Origin: a virus
DNA: 64,000 bases
Virus record (IMG/VR): IMGVR_UViG_3300035698_014029
Span: 1 to 64,000 of that record
Strand: one strand, 5' to 3'
Below are positions 47,651 to 56,843 of this stretch, piece by piece (within the stretch, counting starts at the first letter, position 1; every line of letters begins with the position of its first letter). The notes beneath the pieces were generated by a model. That model did not search any database. It was not told where the DNA came from and was given only the letters and a program-made list of their open reading frames with translations. Made by a program: the position numbers and the translations under genes.

Positions 47651-48157
47651 ATGATTGATAGAACAAATCCGAATGGGAAGATAAAAACAAGAGAAATTTC
47701 TTTCCCAGACTACTTCACTAGAAAACAAATTGAATGGATAAGTTATAAGTTTCGAGAAAAAATTTATGATCGTGAATATGAAAAAGTAAAATTTAACGAT
47801 ATTTGCAATAAGATTAAGAAAACTATTGATGATATGTGTTTTAAAAACCAAAAGGCATCAATATTTACTTCAGAAACCGTAAAAGAAAAATATTTAAATA
47901 TGTTTTTCAATGATTTTGGGATTCCGAACCAACAATATCGCGATGAATATCAACGTAAAGTAAAAGGAATGTGGGATAGGATATATTTCTTTAAAGTAGG
48001 ATTTCCAGTTAAAATAAAAGATTCAGATAGAATTGGTAATATTTCAAATTATAATGTTAAGACTGGAGAAGTTATTATAGATCATAATGATGGAAATATT
48101 ACAAGTATTCATGAATCACAAGTAAAAGTAGATAAGGTATTTGATTTATTTGAATAA
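47651..48157 (+). CDS. Hypothetical protein with SH3/KOW-like C-terminus
   Basis: 168 aa; C-terminal FKVGFPVKIKDSDRIGNI...V.I; preceded by the GATATTTGGTAT motif (47615-26). Confidence 0.55.
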   Translation: MIDRTNPNGKIKTREISFPDYFTRKQIEWISYKFREKIYDREYEKVKFNDICNKIKKTIDDMCFKNQKASIFTSETVKEKYLNMFFNDFGIPNQQYRDEYQRKVKGMWDRIYFFKVGFPVKIKDSDRIGNISNYNVKTGEVIIDHNDGNITSIHESQVKVDKVFDLFE

Positions 48158-48182
48158 TAATTTAGAATAAGTATAAATAACG

Positions 48183-48212
48183 AAATAGGAAGCATAAACT
48201 TCCTATTTTTTT
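48183..48212 (+). terminator. Intrinsic terminator
   Basis: AAATAGGAAG-cataaa-CTTCCTATTT followed by TTTT. Confidence 0.8.
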
Positions 48213-48242
48213 GCAATATAAGATATAATATTTATATGTTTG
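48210..48242 (+). promoter_or_regulatory. Bacteroidota-type promoter (-33 TTTG / -7 TATGTTTG) with AAGATATA box
   Basis: TTTG 48210-13, 21-nt spacer, TAnnTTTG 48235-42; AAGATATA 48220-27. Confidence 0.75.
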
Positions 48243-48250
48243 TAAATAAT

Positions 48251-48508
48251 ATGAAAGAAGTAAAAGCAATAATGAAAGTAGATGCTACTTTCCAAAAACA
48301 TATATTACATGATGATGATATTGAATGGATAAAGAAACACGGATGTACTGTTGAAACTGTTTATAGAACAGTAAAAAAGGGAGAAGAAGTAATATGTGAA
48401 GTTTATTCTACACAAAATTTTTTCTTAGCTGCTCCTTATTATTCGACAATAACTTCAGATGGATATAATTGTTGTTTAATTACTAATTGTGTTGATTTAA
48501 AAAAATAA
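48251..48508 (+). CDS. Hypothetical protein
   Basis: ATG 48236 lies inside the -7 box, so ATG 48251 is preferred. Confidence 0.5.
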   Translation: MKEVKAIMKVDATFQKHILHDDDIEWIKKHGCTVETVYRTVKKGEEVICEVYSTQNFFLAAPYYSTITSDGYNCCLITNCVDLKK

Positions 48509-48520
48509 AAAAGAAATAAT

Positions 48521-48739
48521 ATGGTACCAATTTTATTTGAATTAGGAATGTTACTTGTTGTTTGTAGTTTAACTCTTAGTGGAGTTAATAGAATATTAAA
48601 GAAAGATAAATTAATTTCTGATTTAATGGATCATATTGAAAGATCAGAAGATTTCTATATAGAAGATGGTGAAGTTGCAAATAAATTTTATAATGCAGCT
48701 TTAAATGATATAAAATATTGGATAAATAAAAAAAAATAA
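48521..48739 (+). CDS. Small membrane-anchored protein
   Basis: N-terminal hydrophobic ILFELGMLLVVCSLTLSGV. Confidence 0.45.
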   Translation: MVPILFELGMLLVVCSLTLSGVNRILKKDKLISDLMDHIERSEDFYIEDGEVANKFYNAALNDIKYWINKKK

Positions 48740-48745
48740 AAAATT

Positions 48746-48877
48746 ATGACATTATTTATAGCTTTTATATTGTTATTTAATATAGATGCTCCTTGGTATA
48801 TGTATGTAGTTGCAATTTTCATATGGGTGTTAAGAACATGGTATTACAATCGACAATTTAATGGTATTAAATATTAG
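48746..48877 (+). CDS. Small hydrophobic membrane protein (43 aa)
   Basis: Translated by hand: MTLFIAFILLFNIDAPWYMYVVAIFIWVLRTWYYNRQFNGIKY. Confidence 0.4.
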   Translation: MTLFIAFILLFNIDAPWYMYVVAIFIWVLRTWYYNRQFNGIKY

Positions 48878-48892
48878 AATAATGTTAAAGAA

Positions 48893-49150
48893 ATGATAAA
48901 ATACACAATTAAATTAACTAAAAAACAAGAACAAGTTTTAAATAAAAAATTTATTGCTTGGAATAATCCTTATGGAGTTGAAATATGTCATATAGATTTT
49001 AAAAATTATGTGATTAATGATGAATTAATAGAAACAAGAAAAGAATTATGTAAACTTGGGATTTTAGAATATTATAAGGTTGATGATACTTTACATTATT
49101 ATAGATTAACTGGGATTGGTAATAAACTTTATTATTTAATAAATAAATAA
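48893..49150 (+). CDS. Hypothetical protein, winged-helix-like
   Basis: LTKKQEQVL...KELCKLGILEY...YYRLTGIG pattern. Confidence 0.45.
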   Translation: MIKYTIKLTKKQEQVLNKKFIAWNNPYGVEICHIDFKNYVINDELIETRKELCKLGILEYYKVDDTLHYYRLTGIGNKLYYLINK

Positions 49151-49154
49151 ATAA

Positions 49155-52100
49155 ATGGATAAATTCAAAGAATACCTATTAGATAATAAAATACAATTCA
49201 AAGAAGCAGGGTTTAATAAAGTAAATATAAGTGAAAATATATATCACTTAGTAAGTTCTAATGAAGAGGGTAAGATATTTACAGAAGATTTAATCCTTAT
49301 TACAGAGTATGAAGAATGTGATTTTTATGCTTTTGAATTTGGTGGAAGATATTTCTATACTCCTGTTGGAACTGAAGAAGATATACAATTTAATGAATTA
49401 AAATATATAGGTAAAGCTGAGAATTATACAGAGATATACGCTCCTTTTCTTGGAATACATGGTTCATACGAAATATTAAATGGAAGCCGAGAATATAAAG
49501 ATTGGATTAAAAAAGCAAAATTCCTTGGATGTGATACATTAGGAATATGTGAAAAAAATACTTTGGCAGGAGCAATGAAGTTTCAAATGGAGTGTGGTTA
49601 TAATGGTATTACTTCTATTCTTGGTGCTACATATAGTATATATAATGCTAAGAAAGACTTTAAGTATGATATTAAATGTTACGTAAAGGACGGAGAAGGT
49701 TGGAACAACATTCTAAAAATTAATAAAGAAGTAAATGCTGGGAATGGATATATTTTAGAAGCAGACTTTTTAAAATTAATGAGCGGACTTATTACAATAT
49801 TTAATCCATCTACTTTAAAGTTCGAAGATAATTTTATATTAGATTTAAATGGAGTAGAATATTTCCAATTAGACCCAATAGAATATACTAATAATAAAAG
49901 GGATAAAGATTATCTTTTAAATTTACAAAAATATTATAATTCAATTCCGAAACTTAAACCAATATTTATAACTGATGCTTATTATTTAGATAAAGAAGAT
50001 AGTATTGCTAAATTATTATTAAATGAAATAAGTGGAGTTCGAGAACCAGAAGCAAAAAACCAATATTTTAAATCTGTAGATGATTATTTTAATGAATTAT
50101 CTCCATTATTTTCAAAAGACAATAATTTCCTATTAATGTTTATTGAAGCTATTGAAAATATAAAAGAAATAGTAAAAGAATGTGATTTTAAGATAGATAT
50201 TATGCACAAACACCTTCCTAAATATATTATGACAAAGGAAGAAGAAAAAGTATATAAAACCAATGAAGATTTATTCTGGGGAGCTATTGAAGATGGATTG
50301 GCTACAAGAAAATTAAAAGAGAGTCAAGATGTATGTATCGATAGAATTGGAAAAGAATATAGTGTCATTTCAGCAGGTAAACTACAAGATTATTTTTTGA
50401 TAAATAAAGATCAGATGAGATTTTGTGATGAAAATGAAATATTAACAGGTCCAGGAAGAGGATCAGCTTCAGGATCACTTATCAGTTATTGCATGGGAAT
50501 TACAAAAGTAGATCCATTTGAATATAACTTAATTTTCGAGAGATTTTTGACTGAAGAACGTGCTAAGAATAAAATTGCTGATATTGATATAGATCATTCA
50601 CAGGAACGTAGAAATGAAGTTAAGGTTTATTTAAAAGGAAAATATGGTGAAAATCAATGTTGTTCGGTAGGAACATATACATCTTTAGGTCTTAAAGGTT
50701 GTATAAAAGATATTGCTAAAATATTAGGAGGTTCTAATTATGATTATGCTACTGTAAATTTTGTAACAACTGTTATAGATAATAAAGATGAAACATTAAA
50801 AGATTTATTTAAATTAGCTTCGAAAAAAGAAATTGTAAAGAACTATATTATAAAAAATCCTAATGTATTTTATAATTTACCATTAATACTTAATTCATTA
50901 AGAACAAAATCAACTCATGCTTCTGCATTTATAATTACTCCTACAAATAAAACCTTATTTGAATGGATGCCTGTTAGAGTAGAAAATAAAGATGGTATAA
51001 AGGTTTTAGTTAGTGAATGGGAAGGTACTGAATTAGAAGATGCTGGATTTTTAAAACAAGATATATTAGGACTTTTACAGCTTGATAAATTTAAAGATCA
51101 AATAGATTCTATTAAAGAAATTGAAGGAATTGATATAGATATTGAAAATATACCTTTAAATGATGGAAAAGTTTATGAATATTTTTCTAAAGGGTGGTCA
51201 AAAGACACATTCCAATTTGGAACACATGGATTAACTCAATATACTAAAAAATTAAAACCTGAAAATATTGAAGAATTAATTGCTGCAGTTTCTTTATATA
51301 GACCTGGAGCAATGGAATCTGGATTTCATGAAGATTATATTAAAATTAAACATGGTGAAGAGAAACCTGAATATATGTGGGGATGTAAAGAAATTACTCT
51401 AAATACCTATGGATTAGTGATTTATCAAGAACAAATTATGTTTATATGTCAAAAAGTAGGAGGTTTTAATTTAACAGAAACCGATGAGATTAGAAGAGCA
51501 ATGGGTAAGAAAAAAATGAAACTTATCTTAGAATATAAAGATAGATTTGTTGATGGAGCTTTAAAAAATGGATGTCCTAAAGAAGAGGCTGAAGATATTT
51601 GGAGTAAATTAGAAAGATTTGCTGAATATGGATTTAACCTTTCACACGCTACTACATATGCAATTATAGGATATAGAAGTATGTGGTTTAAAGTTAATTA
51701 TCCAGTTCATTTTTGGTCTACATCTATTAATAAAATAATTGGAAAGAGTGATTTTGATGAGAAGATTTCAGAATATCTTTCAGAAATTTATCAAATTGGA
51801 AATATTCAAATTAAGTCTCCAGATATAAATCAATCAGAAACAGCAGTTAAGACAGATTATAAGAATAATATCATATATTGGGCATTAACAGCAACTAAAC
51901 AAGTTGGAGATGTAGCAACAGCTCAAATTATAAAAGATAGAGAAGATGGTTCTTATTTTTCATTCTCAGAGTTTTATTCAAGACATAAATATAAAGGGAC
52001 TAAAGTAAATAAATCTGTATTTGAAAATTTAATATTAGCAGGAGCTTTTGATGAAATAGAAGAAGTGAGGCATCCTAGTGATAGATTGATGTTAATCCAA

Positions 52101-52574
52101 GATTATAGAAAAATGGATAGTGTAAAACCAAATAAAGAAAAAGATTTATTTGAATTAAATAAAGATAAATTAGCTTTAGATTGGTGGTGGACTCTTCAAC
52201 AAAAGAATGTTTCCGGTATAGCTTTTTGTGATTATCAAGGATTAGTTGAAAAGGATGATTATTTTAAAGATGCATATATTAGTGCTGATGAATTTGTATT
52301 ACCTGAAAATAAAGAAGAAAATTGTACAATAGGTGGATATGTTTCTAATTTTATTGAAAGAGAAACAAAAAAAGGGAAATATTGTGTAATAACATTAGAA
52401 ATAAATTATCAATTTATTGATGTTATTATATGGCCAGATCAATATAAGTATTTAGATGTTATAATAGAACCTAAAACTATATTGTTAATATCTGGAACAA
52501 TTAAAGAAGATACATATAGAAATAAAAATACTTTATTCTCTAATACAGATACAAGTGTTAAAATTTTGAAGTAA
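49155..52574 (+). CDS. dnaE: DNA polymerase III alpha subunit-like (family C) replicative polymerase
   Basis: PHP-like LGIHGSYEILNGS; GPGRGSASGSLISY..GIT.VDP...LIFERFL; catalytic ADIDID; KQDILGL; SLYRPG; YQEQIM; YGFNLSHA. Confidence 0.93.
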   Translation: MDKFKEYLLDNKIQFKEAGFNKVNISENIYHLVSSNEEGKIFTEDLILITEYEECDFYAFEFGGRYFYTPVGTEEDIQFNELKYIGKAENYTEIYAPFLGIHGSYEILNGSREYKDWIKKAKFLGCDTLGICEKNTLAGAMKFQMECGYNGITSILGATYSIYNAKKDFKYDIKCYVKDGEGWNNILKINKEVNAGNGYILEADFLKLMSGLITIFNPSTLKFEDNFILDLNGVEYFQLDPIEYTNNKRDKDYLLNLQKYYNSIPKLKPIFITDAYYLDKEDSIAKLLLNEISGVREPEAKNQYFKSVDDYFNELSPLFSKDNNFLLMFIEAIENIKEIVKECDFKIDIMHKHLPKYIMTKEEEKVYKTNEDLFWGAIEDGLATRKLKESQDVCIDRIGKEYSVISAGKLQDYFLINKDQMRFCDENEILTGPGRGSASGSLISYCMGITKVDPFEYNLIFERFLTEERAKNKIADIDIDHSQERRNEVKVYLKGKYGENQCCSVGTYTSLGLKGCIKDIAKILGGSNYDYATVNFVTTVIDNKDETLKDLFKLASKKEIVKNYIIKNPNVFYNLPLILNSLRTKSTHASAFIITPTNKTLFEWMPVRVENKDGIKVLVSEWEGTELEDAGFLKQDILGLLQLDKFKDQIDSIKEIEGIDIDIENIPLNDGKVYEYFSKGWSKDTFQFGTHGLTQYTKKLKPENIEELIAAVSLYRPGAMESGFHEDYIKIKHGEEKPEYMWGCKEITLNTYGLVIYQEQIMFICQKVGGFNLTETDEIRRAMGKKKMKLILEYKDRFVDGALKNGCPKEEAEDIWSKLERFAEYGFNLSHATTYAIIGYRSMWFKVNYPVHFWSTSINKIIGKSDFDEKISEYLSEIYQIGNIQIKSPDINQSETAVKTDYKNNIIYWALTATKQVGDVATAQIIKDREDGSYFSFSEFYSRHKYKGTKVNKSVFENLILAGAFDEIEEVRHPSDRLMLIQDYRKMDSVKPNKEKDLFELNKDKLALDWWWTLQQKNVSGIAFCDYQGLVEKDDYFKDAYISADEFVLPENKEENCTIGGYVSNFIERETKKGKYCVITLEINYQFIDVIIWPDQYKYLDVIIEPKTILLISGTIKEDTYRNKNTLFSNTDTSVKILK

Positions 52575-52595
52575 GATATAATAGTTATATTTTTG
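52565..52595 (+). promoter_or_regulatory. Bacteroidota-type promoter (-33 TTTG / -7 TATTTTTG) with AAGATATA box
   Basis: TTTG 52565-68, 19-nt spacer, TAnnTTTG 52588-95; AAGATATA 52573-80. Confidence 0.75.
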
Positions 52596-52623
52596 TAAAT
52601 AACATTAATTAAAAATTAGAAAA

Positions 52624-52818
52624 ATGGCAAATTCAAGTAGTAGTTCAAGTGGAATAGGAGTTTTTGGGGTATTAGGAATAGTATTCGTAGTATTAAAACT
52701 TATTGGAACAATAACATGGAGTTGGTGGTGGGTAACATTACCATTTTGGGGTGGATTAGGTCTTGTGCTATTAATATTATTAATAATAGCATTAATAGCA
52801 ATTATATTTAATAAGTAA
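52624..52818 (+). CDS. Small two-TM phage membrane protein
   Basis: GIGVFGVLGIVFVVLKLIGTITWSWWWVTLPFWGG, a motif common among small phage membrane proteins. Confidence 0.7.
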   Translation: MANSSSSSSGIGVFGVLGIVFVVLKLIGTITWSWWWVTLPFWGGLGLVLLILLIIALIAIIFNK

Positions 52819-52819
52819 T

Positions 52820-53386
52820 ATGGCAAAAGAACAAGTATTTGTATATATAGGTAAAAAAGTTATTACATTAACTTTTGAAGATTTTGATGATAATATTGAT
52901 GTTGATGACTTAACCCGTATTCATTATGAGAATTTATATGGGGAATCGGTTACAATTTCTGCACTTTTAAATCGTATAGGACTTTTAAAGGCAGATGTAG
53001 AAGAAGCTTTAGAATTAGGTAAAATTGCTTTATCTGTATATGAAGCTACTTGTCGTAAAAATTTTAGAAGAGAAGCAGCTGAAAATGCTGGTAAATGTAA
53101 AATAAAAGACAATATAACTGAAAAAGTAGATTGGATTAAATTAACAGAAAAATCCATTGAAGATTTCGTCCTATTAGATAAAGGATGGCAAACGAAAAAG
53201 AAAAATGTTGCAAAACGTAAAAAAGACTTAGAATATGTAGATTCTCTTTATTGGGCTATCCAAAGTAAAGATAAAAAGCTTAATAATTTACTTCCTAAAT
53301 CAGTTCCAGAAGATTTTGCTGATGAAATAATTGCAGGAAGTATAAATTGTATTATGTTAAAGATAACAAATAAAAAATATAGCTAA
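52820..53386 (+). CDS. Helical protein, possible recombination mediator (UvsY-like)
   Basis: DVDDLTRI...NL.GE...LTEKSIED...KDKKLNNL; coiled-coil layout near the SSB and RecA genes. Confidence 0.4.
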   Translation: MAKEQVFVYIGKKVITLTFEDFDDNIDVDDLTRIHYENLYGESVTISALLNRIGLLKADVEEALELGKIALSVYEATCRKNFRREAAENAGKCKIKDNITEKVDWIKLTEKSIEDFVLLDKGWQTKKKNVAKRKKDLEYVDSLYWAIQSKDKKLNNLLPKSVPEDFADEIIAGSINCIMLKITNKKYS

Positions 53387-53814
53387 TGGATATTTCAAAA
53401 GATTATATAGAAATGTGCTCAAAAGCACAAGAGATTCAATTCCCAAGTGAATTAATGTTTAGTAATGGAAGTTTTATTTTTAATAAATCAGCAAATGATG
53501 GGAATGGTTATTTATTTGTAAATCATCTTATTCAACCTAATGAAGATAGTAATTTATGGGAACTTGAATATAGAGAAGATCAATATGCACATCATAATAT
53601 ATTTCTTCCTCGACAAGATCAATTACAAAAGATAATGTTTAAACATTATGGAGATGGTTGTGATGTTGGAAGATTACAAGAATATTTAGATGTGTATTGG
53701 GATGTTTATGTGTTTGATGTTAAGTCATTTGAACAACTCTGGTTAGCTTTCGTAATGAAAGAAAAATATAATAAACAATGGAATTCAGAAATTAAAAATT
53801 GGGAGAAAATATAA
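53386..53814 (+). CDS. MDISK-family paralog 3
   Basis: First 47 nt identical to ORF 27503; FLPRQDQLQ; SFEQLWLAFVMKEKYNKQWNSEIKNWE. Confidence 0.7.
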   Translation: MDISKDYIEMCSKAQEIQFPSELMFSNGSFIFNKSANDGNGYLFVNHLIQPNEDSNLWELEYREDQYAHHNIFLPRQDQLQKIMFKHYGDGCDVGRLQEYLDVYWDVYVFDVKSFEQLWLAFVMKEKYNKQWNSEIKNWEKI

Positions 53815-54365
53815 TGGATATTTCGAAAGATTACATTTTAATGTGTAAGAAAACTAAAGAGATACAGAAATTAAGGAAAAAAATTGACCTTAGTAATTGG
53901 AAATTGGATGATGTTTTCCATGAAGAACATCCAGAAATAAATAGTAAAGATAAAAGTGGTTTAGATTGGACATATATATATTGTCAAATTATGGGAACTG
54001 AGAGTTTTAATAGGTATCCTTATATTTGGCTTCCAAGAATAGACCAATTAATAGAATTACTTAAGGGTAGCTTAATTGATAAAATAAAATTATTTAACCT
54101 TATATTTATTCAACCTATTTTAAAAATAAATGAAATGGGAGAAATGAGTCAAGAAGACATTGCTAATTTAAAATTAGAATGGGAAAAAGTATGTAAACAA
54201 ACTAATCCTATAATTATTAGTTCTGATTTAGATGTTGAAGTAGTTTGGATGGGAGTTAATCCATTAAAATCTATGGAACAATGTTGGTTAATGTTAGTAA
54301 TGAAAGAAAAGTATAATAAATTTTGGAATTTAAAGAATAAAAATTGGGAAATAATTAAGAATTAA
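53814..54365 (+). CDS. MDISK-family paralog 4
   Basis: ATG 53814 overlaps the upstream TAA; MDISKDYILMCKKTKEIQ...IWLPRIDQL...SMEQCWLMLVMKEKYNKFWN..NKNWE. Confidence 0.7.
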   Translation: MDISKDYILMCKKTKEIQKLRKKIDLSNWKLDDVFHEEHPEINSKDKSGLDWTYIYCQIMGTESFNRYPYIWLPRIDQLIELLKGSLIDKIKLFNLIFIQPILKINEMGEMSQEDIANLKLEWEKVCKQTNPIIISSDLDVEVVWMGVNPLKSMEQCWLMLVMKEKYNKFWNLKNKNWEIIKN

Positions 54366-54424
54366 CAACTCTATCTATAAGGATAGAATAATATAAATTA
54401 AATGTTTAATTAATAAGAAAAACA

Positions 54425-55798
54425 ATGAGTGTAGATTTTAGAAAAAGGTTAAAAGGCTCAAAATTATCCACAATACAAGAAGGAAAGAAAGAAGCCGAGA
54501 GTAGAACCAAAAGTTATTCAAAAAAAGGGTATGTAGGTAATCATGACGTTGAAGATGGAGAAAATTATTTTCGATTGATGCCAGCTCATAATGCTCAAGT
54601 TGATCCTCCATTTCAAGCAAACAAGACAACTTTTTTACAAATAGAGTCTCCTGTTTATGAAGATGGAGAAAAAACAGATAAAACTTCGATAAGACCTAAA
54701 CCAATATTTATTGCAACAACACATGGTTTAGATAAAGAAGGAAATTTGATGACTAAATGCCCTATTGAACTTTATATAAATAAAGTTTATACAAAAGTTT
54801 TTGATGAAACTCAAGATGAAAAGGAACAAACGAAAAAATTAGCTCCTTTAAAATCATTTCCAGGTGGGATTATGCCAAAAACTGTGTACACCTATTATGC
54901 ATGGAAAGATGGTAAATTAGCTCGATTAGACCTTAAACCTTCTGTTGTTAATCAAATGGAAGAAATAAGCTTAAAAAGCTCTAAATCTGGGTCAGATATT
55001 GATGTTTTCACAGATATAGATGATGGTATTAGATTAGTTGTTACTAAAAGAGGTAAAAAACTTGAAACTAAATATGTTGCATCTAAGGATGAGATTGATA
55101 ATATCATGGAACTTGATGGTGATGATTTATTAAAAGCTAAAGCTGAATTCAAGAAAAGACAACAATTAAGTGATCCTCAAATAGAAGAATTTTTTAAAGT
55201 TAAACCTTTGAAAGAACTTTTAGGTCCGGGAGTTTATAAAATGACAGATTTTGATTTTGCTGTAGAAGGATTAATGAGATTTGATGAAAAAAATGGTTTT
55301 GGTATTTTCGAAGATGAGGATTATATAAATCAATTAGAAGAAATCAAATCTATGATTCCTGAGAAATCTGACGATAGCGAAGAAGAAAATAATCCACTTA
55401 TTGAAGCTGGTAAAAATGATAAAGCTTCGAAAGTTCATCCTAAAACAACTGAAGATAAAAAAGCAGAAGTTACAGATGATATTTCTACTTGGAATAAAAT
55501 CAAATGTAAGAAATTATTAAATCCTTATATTGAAGAGAACTATGGTTCAGATCATAAACTTCCAGATTTAGAATTAGATAAAATGAGAGAATGGGCTAAA
55601 TTAGCTAAAGACGGAGATGAATTACCTTTTGATAATGTCACTCTTCCAGAAACTAATGAAAATTTAGAAGCTAGTGAAGATTTAAGTGCAACAACTAATA
55701 CAGATGTTCCTGATGATACTATTATTAATTCGGAAGCAGAAACAACTAGAGATGTTATTCAAGAGAGATTAAATAAACTCAAAAATAAGAATAAATAG
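54425..55798 (+). CDS. Single-stranded DNA-binding protein (T4 gp32-like)
   Basis: DGENYFRLMPA...CPIE...DVFTDIDDG.RLVVTK.G...TKY; long acidic C-terminal tail. Confidence 0.65.
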   Translation: MSVDFRKRLKGSKLSTIQEGKKEAESRTKSYSKKGYVGNHDVEDGENYFRLMPAHNAQVDPPFQANKTTFLQIESPVYEDGEKTDKTSIRPKPIFIATTHGLDKEGNLMTKCPIELYINKVYTKVFDETQDEKEQTKKLAPLKSFPGGIMPKTVYTYYAWKDGKLARLDLKPSVVNQMEEISLKSSKSGSDIDVFTDIDDGIRLVVTKRGKKLETKYVASKDEIDNIMELDGDDLLKAKAEFKKRQQLSDPQIEEFFKVKPLKELLGPGVYKMTDFDFAVEGLMRFDEKNGFGIFEDEDYINQLEEIKSMIPEKSDDSEEENNPLIEAGKNDKASKVHPKTTEDKKAEVTDDISTWNKIKCKKLLNPYIEENYGSDHKLPDLELDKMREWAKLAKDGDELPFDNVTLPETNENLEASEDLSATTNTDVPDDTIINSEAETTRDVIQERLNKLKNKNK

Positions 55799-55806
55799 TT
55801 TAATAT

Positions 55807-55831
55807 GGGGGGAGAAATCTCCCCTAATTTT
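55807..55831 (+). terminator. GC-rich hairpin after the SSB gene (terminator or mRNA stabiliser)
   Basis: GGGGAG-AAAT-CTCCCC followed by TAATTTT (weak U-tract). Confidence 0.5.
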
Positions 55832-55986
55832 AAAAAATATAAATTGATAACATTTAAAGAGTTTAAAAAAAAATATCCATATTTAAAGGTATATACAGAA
55901 GAAATTCAAGAATTAGCTTACGAATGGTTTATTAAAATACCAAAATTTAATGTGCAAAAATTTTTAACATTTTATAATTAAAAAGA

Positions 55987-56172
55987 ATGTCAATATTAAC
56001 AGATGAAAGTCTTATGCCTTGGGGTAAATATGAAGGTGAAAGTATGTGTAACGTACCTGCTAATTATTTCATGTTTTTATATAATAATAACAAATATGAT
56101 CATGATGTAGGGGTATATATTAGGAATAATTTAGAAGTATTTAAAGCAGAATTAAAACAACAAGGTAAATGA
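55987..56172 (+). CDS. Small DUF3820-like (MPxGKY) domain protein
   Basis: MPWGKYEGESMCNVPANYFMFLY. Confidence 0.65.
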   Translation: MSILTDESLMPWGKYEGESMCNVPANYFMFLYNNNKYDHDVGVYIRNNLEVFKAELKQQGK

Positions 56173-56843
56173 AACAATATCCTCAATTAATAGATAAAAA
56201 AGTAAAATTCCCAAAAGGGAATGAAATTGATTTTTTTCAAGATTTTAATTTTTTAAGTGGTATTCCATTTAATATAGAATTTACCATAGAAAGTAAAACA
56301 AGTAGTAAAAATAAATATTGGTTAATTGGGAAAGGATACGGACAAAAAGGTTTTTATGGAAATGGTAGAATATGTGTTGATTATAAAGATATAATTACAA
56401 TTATAAGCAAAGAAATGAAAATAACAAAAGACACAAAGATAGGTGATTTAATACCTGAAGACCATGAATTTGATTATTGTAATGGAGAACCTAATGGGAG
56501 TGATGATAAATCGCAAATTCATATTCATATTAAAAAGAAAGAAATTAAAAATTTTGATTGGTATGTAGATAAGTATATTGAATTAAAAAAAGGATTATAT
56601 AGTGAATACGTACCTTTAGTTTTAAGAGAAAATATAAAAACACAAAGATGGGATTTAATATCATTCGAAATAAAAATAGGATTATTGAAATTAATATGTG
56701 ATGGTTTAAAATATTCTTTATGGTTTCATGATTTAATTGAAATAAGTAAAAGATTAGATGGACAAAAACCAGAAGATTTACCTATTATTAATGAAATATT
56801 TAATATTTGTCCGAAAGAATTCTTAATTTCAATATTTAAATAA
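56169..56843 (+). CDS. Two-domain hypothetical protein; C-terminal part is MKIT-family paralog 2
   Basis: Internal ATG 56415 starts MKITKDTKIGDLIPE, homologous to ORF 27886. Confidence 0.6.
   Translation: MKQYPQLIDKKVKFPKGNEIDFFQDFNFLSGIPFNIEFTIESKTSSKNKYWLIGKGYGQKGFYGNGRICVDYKDIITIISKEMKITKDTKIGDLIPEDHEFDYCNGEPNGSDDKSQIHIHIKKKEIKNFDWYVDKYIELKKGLYSEYVPLVLRENIKTQRWDLISFEIKIGLLKLICDGLKYSLWFHDLIEISKRLDGQKPEDLPIINEIFNICPKEFLISIFK

Noticed and set aside
48746-49150. TAG stop-codon reassignment (ORF 48746 is in frame with ORF 48893 across a TAG)
   Set aside because: All large conserved genes are intact under the standard code, and TAG ends the capsid, SSB and other genes at sensible C-termini
27503-53432. 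CRISPR array or terminal repeat suggested by the 47-bp identical sequence
   Set aside because: The copies are the coding starts of paralogous genes 26 kb apart, not regularly spaced repeats with spacers
55844-55981. Possible 45-aa ORF with TTG start after the SSB hairpin
   Set aside because: Short, non-ATG start and no motif; not enough support to list as a feature
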